A stretch of DNA of 40,887 nucleotides from a virus (taxonomy: Duplodnaviria > Caudoviricetes), in IMG/VR virus record IMGVR_UViG_3300048895_000086, positions 1 to 40,887 of that record; one strand, 5' to 3'. The notes under the pieces are model-generated. The model saw only the letters and a program-made list of their open reading frames with translations, was not told the DNA's origin and ran no database searches. A program made the translations under genes and the position numbers. This document shows, in pieces, positions 25,783-34,399 of this stretch. Numbering within the stretch: the first letter of the stretch is position 1; each line of letters starts with the position of its first letter.

Positions 25783-25968
25783 ATGAATGAAATTCAATGG
25801 GGCCAACGAAAAGGCGGCTACTGTCTTACGATTAGACAAATAAACAAAGTGAGAGGTTACGAAATTAATTTTTTTGAGGATGGCGGTTGGCCGACAGTCT
25901 TAGGTTTTGTAAAAACAAGAGCAGAAGCGAAAAAAATTATCCTAAACCACATGAATAAAATAAGGTAA
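25783..25968 (+). CDS. Hypothetical early protein, 61 aa
   Basis: First ORF after the strong promoter. Confidence 0.65.
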   Translation: MNEIQWGQRKGGYCLTIRQINKVRGYEINFFEDGGWPTVLGFVKTRAEAKKIILNHMNKIR

Positions 25969-25974
25969 GTACAC

Positions 25975-26157
25975 ATGAGAACATACGTTTTAAACAGCTT
26001 CGGTAACGACTGGACATATCAGGCAAATAGCAAATCTGAAGCTACAAAAGAATTCCTCAATCAAATGGGGTTAGACACCATGAAAGATTACGCCCATTAC
26101 TGCAAAGTTTGTGGTGTGCCGAGCAAATTGGACTTTAAAGAGATTGTGAAAAAATAG
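25975..26157 (+). CDS. Hypothetical early protein, 60 aa
   Basis: TAAGG RBS. Confidence 0.65.
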   Translation: MRTYVLNSFGNDWTYQANSKSEATKEFLNQMGLDTMKDYAHYCKVCGVPSKLDFKEIVKK

Positions 26158-26194
26158 ACCAGTTCACACAATAAAAATTTTGAAAGGAGAGAAA

Positions 26195-26458
26195 ATGGGT
26201 TACGCACCAGAATATTATGATTATCACTATGAGGCTGAAAAGCCTTCAGAGATCCTCGAGATCGAGCAGAAGCTTAACAACTGCCAAGAGTTTTTCGTGG
26301 CTCTATACGCAGAGCTAACAAGCGATAAGCCGTTAGACTTGGCAACGATTTATAATCACATGTCAGAGATTGCCGGATATCTTAATGTCGATGAGCGCCA
26401 ATTCGGGGATCTAAATATCTCAAGGGAATCTAAAATTATTCAATTCAAAGGAGTTTAA
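26195..26458 (+). CDS. Hypothetical early protein, ~87 aa
   Basis: AAGGAG RBS before ATG 26195. Confidence 0.7.
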   Translation: MGYAPEYYDYHYEAEKPSEILEIEQKLNNCQEFFVALYAELTSDKPLDLATIYNHMSEIAGYLNVDERQFGDLNISRESKIIQFKGV

Positions 26459-26459
26459 T

Positions 26460-27116
26460 ATGACTAACCAATCCCCTCAACTCGACCAACTCTTTACAGC
26501 CCTGGCGAAAGCTCAGGGTGAAATGTCCGCAGCAGCTAAAGACTGCGCAAATCCTTTTTTTAAGAGTCGCTATGCAGACCTAAGTTCTGTATGGACAGCT
26601 TGCAGAGAACCGCTTAGCAAGAATGGGCTTAGCGTTCTACAAATCGTTCAATCGAGTGATTTAGGCGATGTATTACACACAACGCTTGGTCATAGCTCTG
26701 GGCAATACATGACGTCTACAATGCCCATCAGAATCAAAACGGGAAATGGTGGCAATGAGTTGCAGGCATTAGGGGCAGCGATCACTTATCTACGCAGGTT
26801 TTCATTAGCTGCAATTGTAGGAGTAGCTCCCGATGATGACAATGATGGAAATGGATCAAGCTATAAAGTACAGCCAAAAGCTGAGCCTGCTATAGTTCCT
26901 GTACCATTTGTTAATGCCGGTCAGCTTTCGTCGCTTAGAGGTTCATTAGCTCAATGTGGAAATGAATTCTCCACAAAAGTTTTAGAATGGCTAGCAACAA
27001 AAGGCGTTATGGCACTTGATAAAATGCCGATCACTTTGTTCGAAGTCGTGAAAAAGCGTATAGATTCTCACTTAGCCAGTGATGAGCCACAAGATGCTAT
27101 AATAGGTGAATCATGA
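26460..27116 (+). CDS. erf: ERF-family single-strand annealing protein
   Basis: NPFFKSRYADL, GAAITYLRRFSLAAIVGVA.DDD.DG. Confidence 0.93.
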   Translation: MTNQSPQLDQLFTALAKAQGEMSAAAKDCANPFFKSRYADLSSVWTACREPLSKNGLSVLQIVQSSDLGDVLHTTLGHSSGQYMTSTMPIRIKTGNGGNELQALGAAITYLRRFSLAAIVGVAPDDDNDGNGSSYKVQPKAEPAIVPVPFVNAGQLSSLRGSLAQCGNEFSTKVLEWLATKGVMALDKMPITLFEVVKKRIDSHLASDEPQDAIIGES

Positions 27117-27253
27117 ACTTAATTTCGCAGGTATACTGCGAATGGGTGGAGGACTTAGGTCTTTCACCCGAAGATATCTTAATGGTGTTATTAGAAAAAA
27201 AAGATCAGGAAATTGAATATTTAAGGAAGAGGCTGGCTAAATATGAAAACTGA
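27113..27253 (+). CDS. Hypothetical 46-aa protein
   Basis: Hand-translated (MNLISQVYCEW...); ATGA overlap. Confidence 0.55.
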   Translation: MNLISQVYCEWVEDLGLSPEDILMVLLEKKDQEIEYLRKRLAKYEN

Positions 27254-27404
27254 ACTATCAAACAAACATTTTATATCTGTTGAATTTGATAAAAATTATC
27301 TACGAAGTAAGATCGAGGCCGTTCTTTGTGAATGGAATTTTCATTCTTTAGTTTTTGATGAAGATTTTCAGAAAGTTCTTGATCAATGTGTGGAGGAACT
27401 ATGA
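27243..27404 (+). CDS. Hypothetical 53-aa protein
   Basis: Hand-translated (MKTELSNKHF...); stop overlaps the exonuclease ATG. Confidence 0.55.
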   Translation: MKTELSNKHFISVEFDKNYLRSKIEAVLCEWNFHSLVFDEDFQKVLDQCVEEL

Positions 27405-28264
27405 AAATCATTGAAAATTTAGCACAGGGATCGGAAGAATGGCTGGCGTTCAGAAAACAGAAAATAGGCGCAAGCGATGCGACAATTATAATGGGTGTCT
27501 CACCATGGGCAACAAAATTGCAATTATGGGAAAAGAAGCTAGGCATTGCCCCAGAGCAATCCGAAAACTTCGCTATGAGTCGAGGAAAAGCTCTTGAAGA
27601 AGAAGCTCGAATGGCTTTTATGAATCTTAAATACATAAAAGTTGTACCTGAAGTGTTGCAGCATGAAACGTTAGAGTGGTGTATTGCATCTCTTGATGGC
27701 TTATCTGTGTGCAGAAAATATGCCGTAGAGATCAAATGCCCAGGTCGTGAAGATCACCTTTCAGCATTAGCCGGTATAGTGCCGCCAAAATATCTCCCTC
27801 AATTGCAACATCAGCTTGCAGTTACTGGCCTTGATATGATATACTATTACAGTTACGACGGACAAAATAATGCTTGCATCGAAGTTCAGCGCGATCAAGA
27901 GTACATAGATAAGCTAATAGAAGAAGAATTAAAATTTTATAAATGCATGGTAACTTGCACGCCTCCAGAATTGAGCGAGCGTGATTATAATATTAGGAAT
28001 GATGAAAAATGGAAACATGCAACGGCTTATTGGAAACGATCCCAGGAAACATTAAAAGATGCGGAATTTCACGAAAAGAAAGCCCGCGAACAAATGATAG
28101 CTATTTCAGAATCTCGGAACTCGAAAGGCTTCGGGGTGAAAGTGCAAAAGATTATGCGTCAAGGGTGTGTGGATTACTCCGCAATTCCTGCTTTAGAGGG
28201 AATCGATTTAAATCAATACAGGAAGCCAGCAAGTAAATCTTGGAGGATTACTTTAGATGAGTGA
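27401..28264 (+). CDS. YqaJ/lambda-exonuclease family nuclease
   Basis: QGSEEWLAFR..IGASD, ASLDG..EIKCP, Y.PQLQHQL; GGAGG RBS. Confidence 0.93.
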   Translation: MKIIENLAQGSEEWLAFRKQKIGASDATIIMGVSPWATKLQLWEKKLGIAPEQSENFAMSRGKALEEEARMAFMNLKYIKVVPEVLQHETLEWCIASLDGLSVCRKYAVEIKCPGREDHLSALAGIVPPKYLPQLQHQLAVTGLDMIYYYSYDGQNNACIEVQRDQEYIDKLIEEELKFYKCMVTCTPPELSERDYNIRNDEKWKHATAYWKRSQETLKDAEFHEKKAREQMIAISESRNSKGFGVKVQKIMRQGCVDYSAIPALEGIDLNQYRKPASKSWRITLDE

Positions 28265-28553
28265 TGAAGATAAATCATTTTATTTTGTCAATAAAGCATT
28301 GGAAAATACTGAATGGGTAAATATAAACAAACAGCTTCCTTTAAATGGTCAAGATATTATTATTTTATTCAGGAGGCGTGAAGGATATATTTGGGAAACT
28401 CAAATATCTGTTTATAGACCTTATTGTAAAAACGGACGAAATACAAAACACCCTTTTGGATGCACATTTCAAGTATGTGCTTGGTTCCCTATCCCGACGA
28501 TCCCGATTGAAACTTACGAATTGGGAGATACATCGTATCGAATAACCGTTTAA
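28257..28553 (+). CDS. DUF551-like protein, 98 aa
   Basis: EWVNINKQLP..GQDII ... VCAWFPIP. Confidence 0.6.
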   Translation: MSDEDKSFYFVNKALENTEWVNINKQLPLNGQDIIILFRRREGYIWETQISVYRPYCKNGRNTKHPFGCTFQVCAWFPIPTIPIETYELGDTSYRITV

Positions 28554-28554
28554 T

Positions 28555-28586
28555 AAAAAAACCCCCTAGCCACAGCGACTAGGGAG
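28555..28586 (-). terminator. Intrinsic terminator of the minus-strand accessory operon
   Basis: CTCCCTAGT-7-GCTAGGGGG-T7; a second hairpin at ~28606-28631. Confidence 0.75.
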
Positions 28587-28637
28587 CTCGACTCTGTTTC
28601 ATGCTCCCGGAAACAATATTGTGTTTTCGGGAATAGG

Positions 28638-28850
28638 TCAAGATTTTTCAAGCATGATTCTACGCTTTTTTCTGGGGTAAAATAATGCGTAGTTATATTT
28701 CATGCAGTCAATTGGATCTATATAAGATTGCAAATGCTTACCTGATGGCGCTGTAAAACGAAAGCATTTTTCTTTGCGATTGCAGTTTTCTCCACTGCAT
28801 TTCGAGATATCTATCACTCCGACCCCATCTTCGTTCCACAAAACCCGCAA
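28638..28850 (-). CDS. Small Cys-rich protein (true start probably GTG ~28817)
   Basis: DISKCSGENC.RKEKCFRF. Confidence 0.6.
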   Translation of the reverse strand: MRVLWNEDGVGVIDISKCSGENCNRKEKCFRFTAPSGKHLQSYIDPIDCMKYNYALFYPRKKRRIMLEKS

Positions 28851-29134
28851 AAGTAATCCCCTCGCCAGTCCGCTTGCCTCTTATCTTGCCATTGCGACGT
28901 TCTGCAACGCTTGCAAGTAAATTGTACGCCTCCATCAACTTGACGGGCATGGCGATGCCTTAAAATCGCTTCATTTGGGGGTGCTGCATGTAATGAGATT
29001 CCGAAAAAAAGCAAAGGGATAAGAAGGAATAGGAATTTAATAAGCATTTTTGTCTCGTTTTTTTTTTCAGCAATTCGGGTGCTTAGGCGTAGTTTTTTGA
29101 TCTCGTAATCGAGATAGTCATTTTTCGGGTTCAT
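28814..29134 (-). CDS. Membrane-anchored/secreted Zn-ribbon protein, 106 aa
   Basis: Hydrophobic FLFLLIPLLFFGISLHA then CKRC...CGFC. Confidence 0.6.
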   Translation of the reverse strand: MNPKNDYLDYEIKKLRLSTRIAEKKNETKMLIKFLFLLIPLLFFGISLHAAPPNEAILRHRHARQVDGGVQFTCKRCRTSQWQDKRQADWRGDYFCGFCGTKMGSE

Positions 29135-29143
29135 TTTTAACTC

Positions 29144-29320
29144 TCAATTTACAGGTAAAATAAATTCTAAATAATTTCCGCATTGGCATTGAACATAAAC
29201 TTCGGTTTCGTATTCAGGCAGATTATGATGTTGAGTTAAAATCTTCATTTCCATTGTGCAAATAGGACATATTTGGGTGTATTCATGCCTTAATCCCATA
29301 GGAATTTTATCTAGGTTCAT
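29144..29320 (-). CDS. 58-aa Zn-ribbon protein (CPIC...CQCG)
   Basis: Hand-translated; AAGGA RBS. Confidence 0.65.
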   Translation of the reverse strand: MNLDKIPMGLRHEYTQICPICTMEMKILTQHHNLPEYETEVYVQCQCGNYLEFILPVN

Positions 29321-29333
29321 TTTTCAAAATCCT

Positions 29334-29498
29334 TTATTTTTCAAACTCATTCGAAACCCTGTCTCCTTCAGCAATTATAGATATTAAAAATCCATTTTGA
29401 AGAGATTGGTTCATATGACTTTCCCAGATCCACTCTGGCTTATGGTCTTGGTCAAAATTAATTACAATTGTAAGTGTTCTCATGTTGACGTTATCCAT
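29334..29498 (-). CDS. Hypothetical 54-aa protein
   Basis: Hand-translated (MDNVNMRTLTIVINFD...); GGAG RBS. Confidence 0.55.
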   Translation of the reverse strand: MDNVNMRTLTIVINFDQDHKPEWIWESHMNQSLQNGFLISIIAEGDRVSNEFEK

Positions 29499-29526
29499 TT
29501 CTTAAAACTCCGTAGTCTTTATTTTT

Positions 29527-29597
29527 AGCGCCCACTCAGAATCGAACTGAGGTTACCAGCTTGGAAGGCTGACATTTTACCATTAAATTATAGGCGC
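29527..29597 (-). tRNA. tRNA-Gly (anticodon TCC), no encoded CCA
   Basis: GCGCCTA/TGGGCGC acceptor, TCAGC-CTTCCAA-GCTGG anticodon arm, CTCAG-TTCGATT-CTGAG T arm, U73. Confidence 0.93.
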
Positions 29598-29625
29598 AAC
29601 GTCTGATAATTAATGTTATGTTATA

Positions 29626-29778
29626 TCAATGTTTATTTCTCTTGACATTATATGTCATAATAATATATAGTTTTCGTGCATTTTGCACTTTCTCGGTAAA
29701 TCTTACAAATTTCATCGTTTTTGCATAATTATGCATTTTTGTCGTCGAAATCTCATTTAAATATTCTGCATCACTCAT
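29626..29778 (-). CDS. Possible 50-aa protein
   Basis: Open frame MSDAEYLNEI...; ATGA overlap. Confidence 0.35.
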   Translation of the reverse strand: MSDAEYLNEISTTKMHNYAKTMKFVRFTEKVQNARKLYIIMTYNVKRNKH

Positions 29779-29987
29779 TCTAATTCCCGAAATACAGTAA
29801 CTTTTCTCTTTTTTAAGAGATCATAAAGTATCATAATCCTCTCCTGTGTATCCCAGCATGTCAAATAGCTATCATCAAGATCTCTCCAAAGGCCATGGTT
29901 ATATAAAGAAGCATATTTTTTAAATATCCATCCTTTTTCTAGAGCAAATAATTTTCCATCTGTTACTATTCTCATCCAAATCCTCAA
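29775..29987 (-). CDS. Hypothetical protein, ~70 aa
   Basis: ORF track; operon context. Confidence 0.55.
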   Translation of the reverse strand: MRIWMRIVTDGKLFALEKGWIFKKYASLYNHGLWRDLDDSYLTCWDTQERIMILYDLLKKRKVTVFRELE

Positions 29988-30141
29988 GCGTTATTTGACA
30001 ATTTACAGGGTGAGCCGTCCCCATCCAAAGACAATCCTTACATATATCCATAGGCGTTATCTCACCTGTCTCTCTATTCTCAACGCCCATGCTATGTGAT
30101 TTTCCGCATTTTTTGCAGGGGGGGAAAATTAGTTCGCTCAT
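29920..30141 (-). CDS. Small Zn-binding protein, 73 aa
   Basis: CKKC..H...CKDC. Confidence 0.6.
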   Translation of the reverse strand: MSELIFPPCKKCGKSHSMGVENRETGEITPMDICKDCLWMGTAHPVNCQITLEDLDENSNRWKIICSRKRMDI

Positions 30142-30201
30142 ATATAAATTCTAAGCTCCGCGATGCTATTTATAGATGTCCAAATTCTCATTTATACATC
30201 C

Positions 30202-30432
30202 TCACTTTATATCAATCTTTATTTTATCACCCAGCCATTCCAAAACCATATCAATTGCACCAACACTACGGCTATCCCTAGTTCTCAAAGAAAAATACCG
30301 CAGATCAATGCCATTGATTTTATTGGACTCTTTCATGCAGTCAAACAAAAGTTTTGAGTATTTCTCTAAATTTTCGTATGGATCTACATTTATTGTTAAT
30401 ATTTTTTCAAATTTGATCATTTCATCGTTCAT
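30202..30432 (-). CDS. Hypothetical protein, 76 aa
   Basis: GGAG RBS; ATGA overlap. Confidence 0.6.
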   Translation of the reverse strand: MNDEMIKFEKILTINVDPYENLEKYSKLLFDCMKESNKINGIDLRYFSLRTRDSRSVGAIDMVLEWLGDKIKIDIK

Positions 30433-30698
30433 TCCAAATCTCCATAATGTGGTCTTCCCTTCATCTCATAAATAAATTTCTCTACCTTTGTACAGTCATA
30501 ATAATCTCCACGAAAAAAAACAACTGCACATCCCAGATGAGGAGCGTCTCCTGTCATTGTAAATTTTTTCATTTCATGGAAAGCTTCGATTGAAAGCCTA
30601 ATAGGATCGTCTTTCATTTCGTCAGCATTCATCCAGATACCACATGAACACTTATAATCTATTATTTTATTTCCACACATATCACACTTTGTTTTCAT
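30429..30698 (-). CDS. Small Zn-binding protein, 89 aa
   Basis: CDMCG..CSCG; GGGG RBS. Confidence 0.65.
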   Translation of the reverse strand: MKTKCDMCGNKIIDYKCSCGIWMNADEMKDDPIRLSIEAFHEMKKFTMTGDAPHLGCAVVFFRGDYYDCTKVEKFIYEMKGRPHYGDLE

Positions 30699-30743
30699 CT
30701 AATCCCCAAAATGGTTTCACTAAGTTTATTCATTGAATCCTCA

Positions 30744-31055
30744 CTAGGATTGTACCCTTCTAAAGCGCGTAGTGACACCTGTAGTTGATATACAGGGTCT
30801 TTTTTTAATCTTCTCTTTAATTTCTGCTTGGTAGTCTGCTTCTTCAATCGTCTTCCGCTCATATGCCTCATTGAATTTCATTAGTAAAATGACGAAGTGC
30901 CTTCTACGGCCTATGTGGTCATCTTTAAGTTTTTTTTGTGATAAGGGTTTAATCTTTGTTTCGACTTTATAATATATCCTTTGCAAGGTATTCATTAGAA
31001 GGTTTCTATCAAAAATCATAGAAATAGGAGGCGCGTTAATTGTCGTTGTAATCAT
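30744..31055 (-). CDS. Hypothetical basic protein, 103 aa
   Basis: AGGA RBS. Confidence 0.6.
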   Translation of the reverse strand: MITTTINAPPISMIFDRNLLMNTLQRIYYKVETKIKPLSQKKLKDDHIGRRRHFVILLMKFNEAYERKTIEEADYQAEIKEKIKKRPCISTTGVTTRFRRVQS

Positions 31056-31065
31056 CTGATCAATC

Positions 31066-31317
31066 CTATCCTTTATACATCTTCACAAATATCTCTTTTA
31101 ATGCCTTCTCAGTCTCAGGATAGGCTTGCTTACACAACACTGATTTAGCCGCGCATTTAATCTTTACCCTTATCACATCATTGTCAGGTTTGAATTTAAT
31201 TGATGGCATATTCGAATCCCAGCAATAGCACTCTTCATTATTCTGCTGAGCAATTGAGCGTAGTTGCCATGTCCAAAAAGTTGACTTACCGTATCCTGAA
31301 CCATCATATGGAATCAT
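31066..31317 (-). CDS. Hypothetical protein, 83 aa (MIPYDGSGYGKSTFW...)
   Basis: GGAG RBS before ATG 31317. Confidence 0.6.
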   Translation of the reverse strand: MIPYDGSGYGKSTFWTWQLRSIAQQNNEECYCWDSNMPSIKFKPDNDVIRVKIKCAAKSVLCKQAYPETEKALKEIFVKMYKG

Positions 31318-31531
31318 TTTGATTACTCTCCATCTTAACTTCAAGCTCCTCAAATAACCGATCAATGCCTTTAAAAAGCATTGCAAATGTAATTTTAGTG
31401 GCGTTTTCTTCAGGTAGATTTTTTACAAGAAAATCTAAAATGTACTTCTTAAGATCTTGATTTTTATCGTTATCCCATTTCATCCTTTTTGCCTATCTCC
31501 TTGGCCTGAACCATCATATGGAATCATTTTG
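31295..31531. repeat. 27-bp perfect direct repeat (31295-31321 and 31505-31531)
   Basis: CCTGAACCATCATATGGAATCATTTTG twice, 210 bp apart. Confidence 0.95.
31304..31483 (-). CDS. 59-aa protein between the 27-bp repeats (MKWDNDKNQDLKKYILDFL...)
   Basis: Hand-translated. Confidence 0.6.
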   Translation of the reverse strand: MKWDNDKNQDLKKYILDFLVKNLPEENATKITFAMLFKGIDRLFEELEVKMESNQNDSI

Positions 31532-31679
31532 CCTCTTTTCTTTTATCAAACTTTTCCGCTATTGCCTGCCTAATCCACTGCGTTTTCGTGGCACCTTCTT
31601 CCTTTTTCACCTCTTTATCTATGCGTGAATGTGTATCAGGTGAAATTAAAAGGCAAAACTTTTTCCATTTCTTTTCCAT
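31524..31679 (-). CDS. Ribbon-helix-helix (Arc/CopG-like) regulator, 51 aa
   Basis: KKFCLLISPDTHSRIDKEVKKEEGATKTQWIRQAIAEK; first gene of the operon. Confidence 0.75.
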   Translation of the reverse strand: MEKKWKKFCLLISPDTHSRIDKEVKKEEGATKTQWIRQAIAEKFDKRKEAK

Positions 31680-31728
31680 GCAATCCTTGACAGTATATAA
31701 ACTATGATGGCAGGATATATATCACAAA

Positions 31729-32022
31729 ATGATAGGTGAATCAATGAGAAATACAAAATGGAAAAAAGTCGAATCTTTGGCGGGTGAATATACTCAATTA
31801 CGTCTATTTCCCCCTACTCCCCATGAAATATTGCTTGCTCGAGTCAATGAGCTTGAAGAAAAATTAGAGCGTCAACGTAAGGGGCAATTTGGCAAAATTG
31901 GCCGCACAGAAAAACAATTACGCGAGCTCGAAGAAAGATTTGTGTGGATTGAGAAGGCAATTTGCCAAGGAGAAGTTAGTCAACAAAATACTTGTGAGAT
32001 TTTGGAGATGGCTGTAAATTGA
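31729..32022 (+). CDS. Coiled-coil protein with a QLRLF motif, ~92-97 aa
   Basis: TTGACA promoter upstream; heptad pattern. Confidence 0.7.
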   Translation: MIGESMRNTKWKKVESLAGEYTQLRLFPPTPHEILLARVNELEEKLERQRKGQFGKIGRTEKQLRELEERFVWIEKAICQGEVSQQNTCEILEMAVN

Positions 32023-32026
32023 AGCT

Positions 32027-32119
32027 ATGGACAAAACCGTTTCGCTTCTATGGTTTCTCAATGGCTTTATAGCAGCCTACCTGCTGTATCAGGGCTATAA
32101 CATATGGAAAATCTATTAG
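32027..32119 (+). CDS. 30-aa single-TM peptide
   Basis: MDKTVSLLWFLNGFIAAYLLYQGYNIWKIY fills the gap. Confidence 0.45.
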   Translation: MDKTVSLLWFLNGFIAAYLLYQGYNIWKIY

Positions 32120-32126
32120 GATCATT

Positions 32127-32354
32127 ATGCTGAAATTTCTGCCTTTCCTATTTATGCTAAACGCTTGTACATATAGTATAAATATGATCCATTCGGAAGG
32201 TAGTGCAAGCGATATGGTAGACGAAAATCAAGCTGCATCGCCTACGGTTTCACCAACTTTGAGCATTCCTTTGACTGTTGGTATTCCTAAAGATTATCCA
32301 GTTACACCGAAAGGAATGAATGGGCCGGATAGACAGAAAGCTATTTTTTCTTAG
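32127..32354 (+). CDS. Small lipoprotein, 75 aa
   Basis: Signal peptide with lipobox LNA-C; P/S/T-rich mature part. Confidence 0.7.
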   Translation: MLKFLPFLFMLNACTYSINMIHSEGSASDMVDENQAASPTVSPTLSIPLTVGIPKDYPVTPKGMNGPDRQKAIFS

Positions 32355-32481
32355 GGATTTTTGCACCTGATTTGCGAGCCACATTCAATGCAATCGCCAC
32401 AGCTTGACGCTTCGGTTTTCCGGCCATTTCTTCTTCTTTAATATTATGTCCGATGTTCTTCTTACCTTTTAACAGAGGCAT
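32341..32481 (-). CDS. Small basic phage protein, 46 aa (MPLLKGKKNIGHNIKEE...KQAVAIAL-type)
   Basis: Hand-translated; widespread phage MPL.KG..NI..E..AGKP..QAVAIAL pattern. Confidence 0.75.
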   Translation of the reverse strand: MPLLKGKKNIGHNIKEEEMAGKPKRQAVAIALNVARKSGAKIPKKK

Positions 32482-32563
32482 GCTTCACTTCCTTTTTCGT
32501 AGCTTCTTGAGTTTCTGTTTTCTTAATCTTCTTTGCTTTTCGATTTTCTTTTCCTTTTGCCAT
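32462..32563 (-). CDS. 33-aa basic peptide
   Basis: Hand-translated (MAKGKENRKAKKIKK...). Confidence 0.45.
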   Translation of the reverse strand: MAKGKENRKAKKIKKTETQEATKKEVKHASVKR

Positions 32564-32568
32564 GTGAC

Positions 32569-33534
32569 CTATGTTATGAAAATTGATAAATTTAATGTAA
32601 CAGATGTGGGATTTGTGGCCCAACTGGGCGTAATTACCATAAATGTTACATAATCTCCAGCAGATACCGCAATTGACAATCCTGCGTTAGAAAATAGATT
32701 TAGTGAACTCGCCGCAGTTAAAGTGGTGGTAACATTAGTATTTGTAGTGTCATTTAATCTAATTGCTATTGTTATATTTTCCGTCGTTCCTAAAGTTCCC
32801 GAAACACTGAAACCACCATAACAAGATTTTATTGTTCCTGTTTTAGGAATCCAAAGCCTGCTTATTGCGTTTATAGTCGTTATCCATGTACTAGCACTTT
32901 GAGTATAATATGTTGTGCCGTCTAATGGAGAAGCTAAAGTGCTATACCAAGGGTATGATTGTGAAACTGAAACAGGAGCTGTAGAAGCAAAGTTTGTGCC
33001 ATCACTTGCCAAAACATTTCCAGATGTTCCTGCTGTTGCCGGATAAGTTGCTGTTGACCAAGCTGGTGTTGTAGAAGCCCCAGATCTTAATACCTGACCA
33101 GCTGTGGCAGTTCCTGCTAATACCGCTCCGGCTGTTGCTGTAGAATAAAATATACCACCATTAGAAGCGGTTAAATTGGCATTAGTACCACCATAGGCTA
33201 GACCTATTACCGATCCATTCCAAGTTCCTGAAGCAATCGTTCCTAATGTTGTTATGGATGATTGTCCCACATATGAGGCAGAAATATCAATTACAGGAGT
33301 GGCACCGCCTGATGAGGTTATTCTATTGGCTGTACCTGTAACGCTGGAAACTCCCCCTCCCGCTGGTGCACTAGATGACCAATTTGTTCCATCGCTAGTA
33401 AGTACATTTCCAGAACTACCCGCTGTGGTTGGAAATGTGGCAGTGCTATAAATTGGCGCAGTTCCCAACCCTTGTCCGAGTAGAACTGTACCTGTTGCGC
33501 CTGTAGGGAAATTTACTGCGTTATTTGTTGCCAT
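32569..33534 (-). CDS. Fibre/adhesin protein, 321 aa
   Basis: MATNN start, G/T/S-rich, GNVLTSDGTNW-type repeats, beta-sandwich tip. Confidence 0.8.
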   Translation of the reverse strand: MATNNAVNFPTGATGTVLLGQGLGTAPIYSTATFPTTAGSSGNVLTSDGTNWSSSAPAGGGVSSVTGTANRITSSGGATPVIDISASYVGQSSITTLGTIASGTWNGSVIGLAYGGTNANLTASNGGIFYSTATAGAVLAGTATAGQVLRSGASTTPAWSTATYPATAGTSGNVLASDGTNFASTAPVSVSQSYPWYSTLASPLDGTTYYTQSASTWITTINAISRLWIPKTGTIKSCYGGFSVSGTLGTTENITIAIRLNDTTNTNVTTTLTAASSLNLFSNAGLSIAVSAGDYVTFMVITPSWATNPTSVTLNLSIFIT

Positions 33535-33545
33535 TAATGCCCTAT

Positions 33546-34385
33546 TTAACTTATTCCGTACAAAGTAATTGTTCCCGCTGAAAACGTGCCACTTGTACAG
33601 AGAAATCTAATTGAGTTAATAGCCTCTCTCGTATCATCCTGGCCAGTTCCATGCGTTGCAGTTGCATTGGTAGCAGTAGAAGTGCTTGAAATATTCCAAC
33701 TCAACATAATTTGTTTTGTCGCTTCTCCAATATTTGCAATATCCATAAATCCTGCATAACTTGTCAATGAAGCTATAGTTACTGCTGTACTGCTAGATGT
33801 AATATAAGATATTACTTGCGGCGTGCCACCTGCAAATTTTTCATATGTCATATCTAATGTTGCAAAGGTAGATAGGTTATCTGTGGAAGCTTTTATCTGA
33901 AAACTTCCTCCTGAAGCTAGTGTATTAAAGCAGAATCGATAAGATTTATAAGTATTATCTAAGCTTGTGAAATCCAAATTTGTTAGTCCGGAAGCGGTCA
34001 CTGTAGAAATATATGTAAATGTTTGCACGGTTCCCCCTGTTGCTGAGATGGTAATTGAATTACTCCCATTAGTAATTGATATCCCGGAACCCGCTGTTAA
34101 TGTCGCAGCGGCTGGAGAACCTGCGGTAGAGCCTATAATTAATTGGCCATTCAAGGCAATTGGTGTCCATGCTGGCACACCGGATGTATTAGATGTTAAA
34201 ACTGATTGATTGGATATTGGTATTCCAGTGACAGTATTGGCAGCGTTGGAATATAAAATCTCATTGATATTTGTCGTATTGGGATATGTGGCAACGGTAA
34301 ATGCTGGGGCTGTGCCTACGCCTTGACCTCTTAATATTGTACCGAGCGATCCTGTAGCTACATTCCATGAGTTATTGGTGGCCAT
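33546..34385 (-). CDS. Fibre/adhesin protein, 279 aa
   Basis: MATNN start; tip ending INSIRF..GTFSAGTITLYG. Confidence 0.8.
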   Translation of the reverse strand: MATNNSWNVATGSLGTILRGQGVGTAPAFTVATYPNTTNINEILYSNAANTVTGIPISNQSVLTSNTSGVPAWTPIALNGQLIIGSTAGSPAAATLTAGSGISITNGSNSITISATGGTVQTFTYISTVTASGLTNLDFTSLDNTYKSYRFCFNTLASGGSFQIKASTDNLSTFATLDMTYEKFAGGTPQVISYITSSSTAVTIASLTSYAGFMDIANIGEATKQIMLSWNISSTSTATNATATHGTGQDDTREAINSIRFLCTSGTFSAGTITLYGIS

Positions 34386-34399
34386 TTATCCCTCAAAGC

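Noticed and set aside
27271-27735. 154-aa minus-strand ORF
   Set aside because: Overlaps the clear YqaJ exonuclease on the opposite strand
29470-29526. Theta/HDV-like ribozyme at the tRNA 3' end
   Set aside because: The trailer is A/T-rich and runs into the next RBS; no nested pseudoknot
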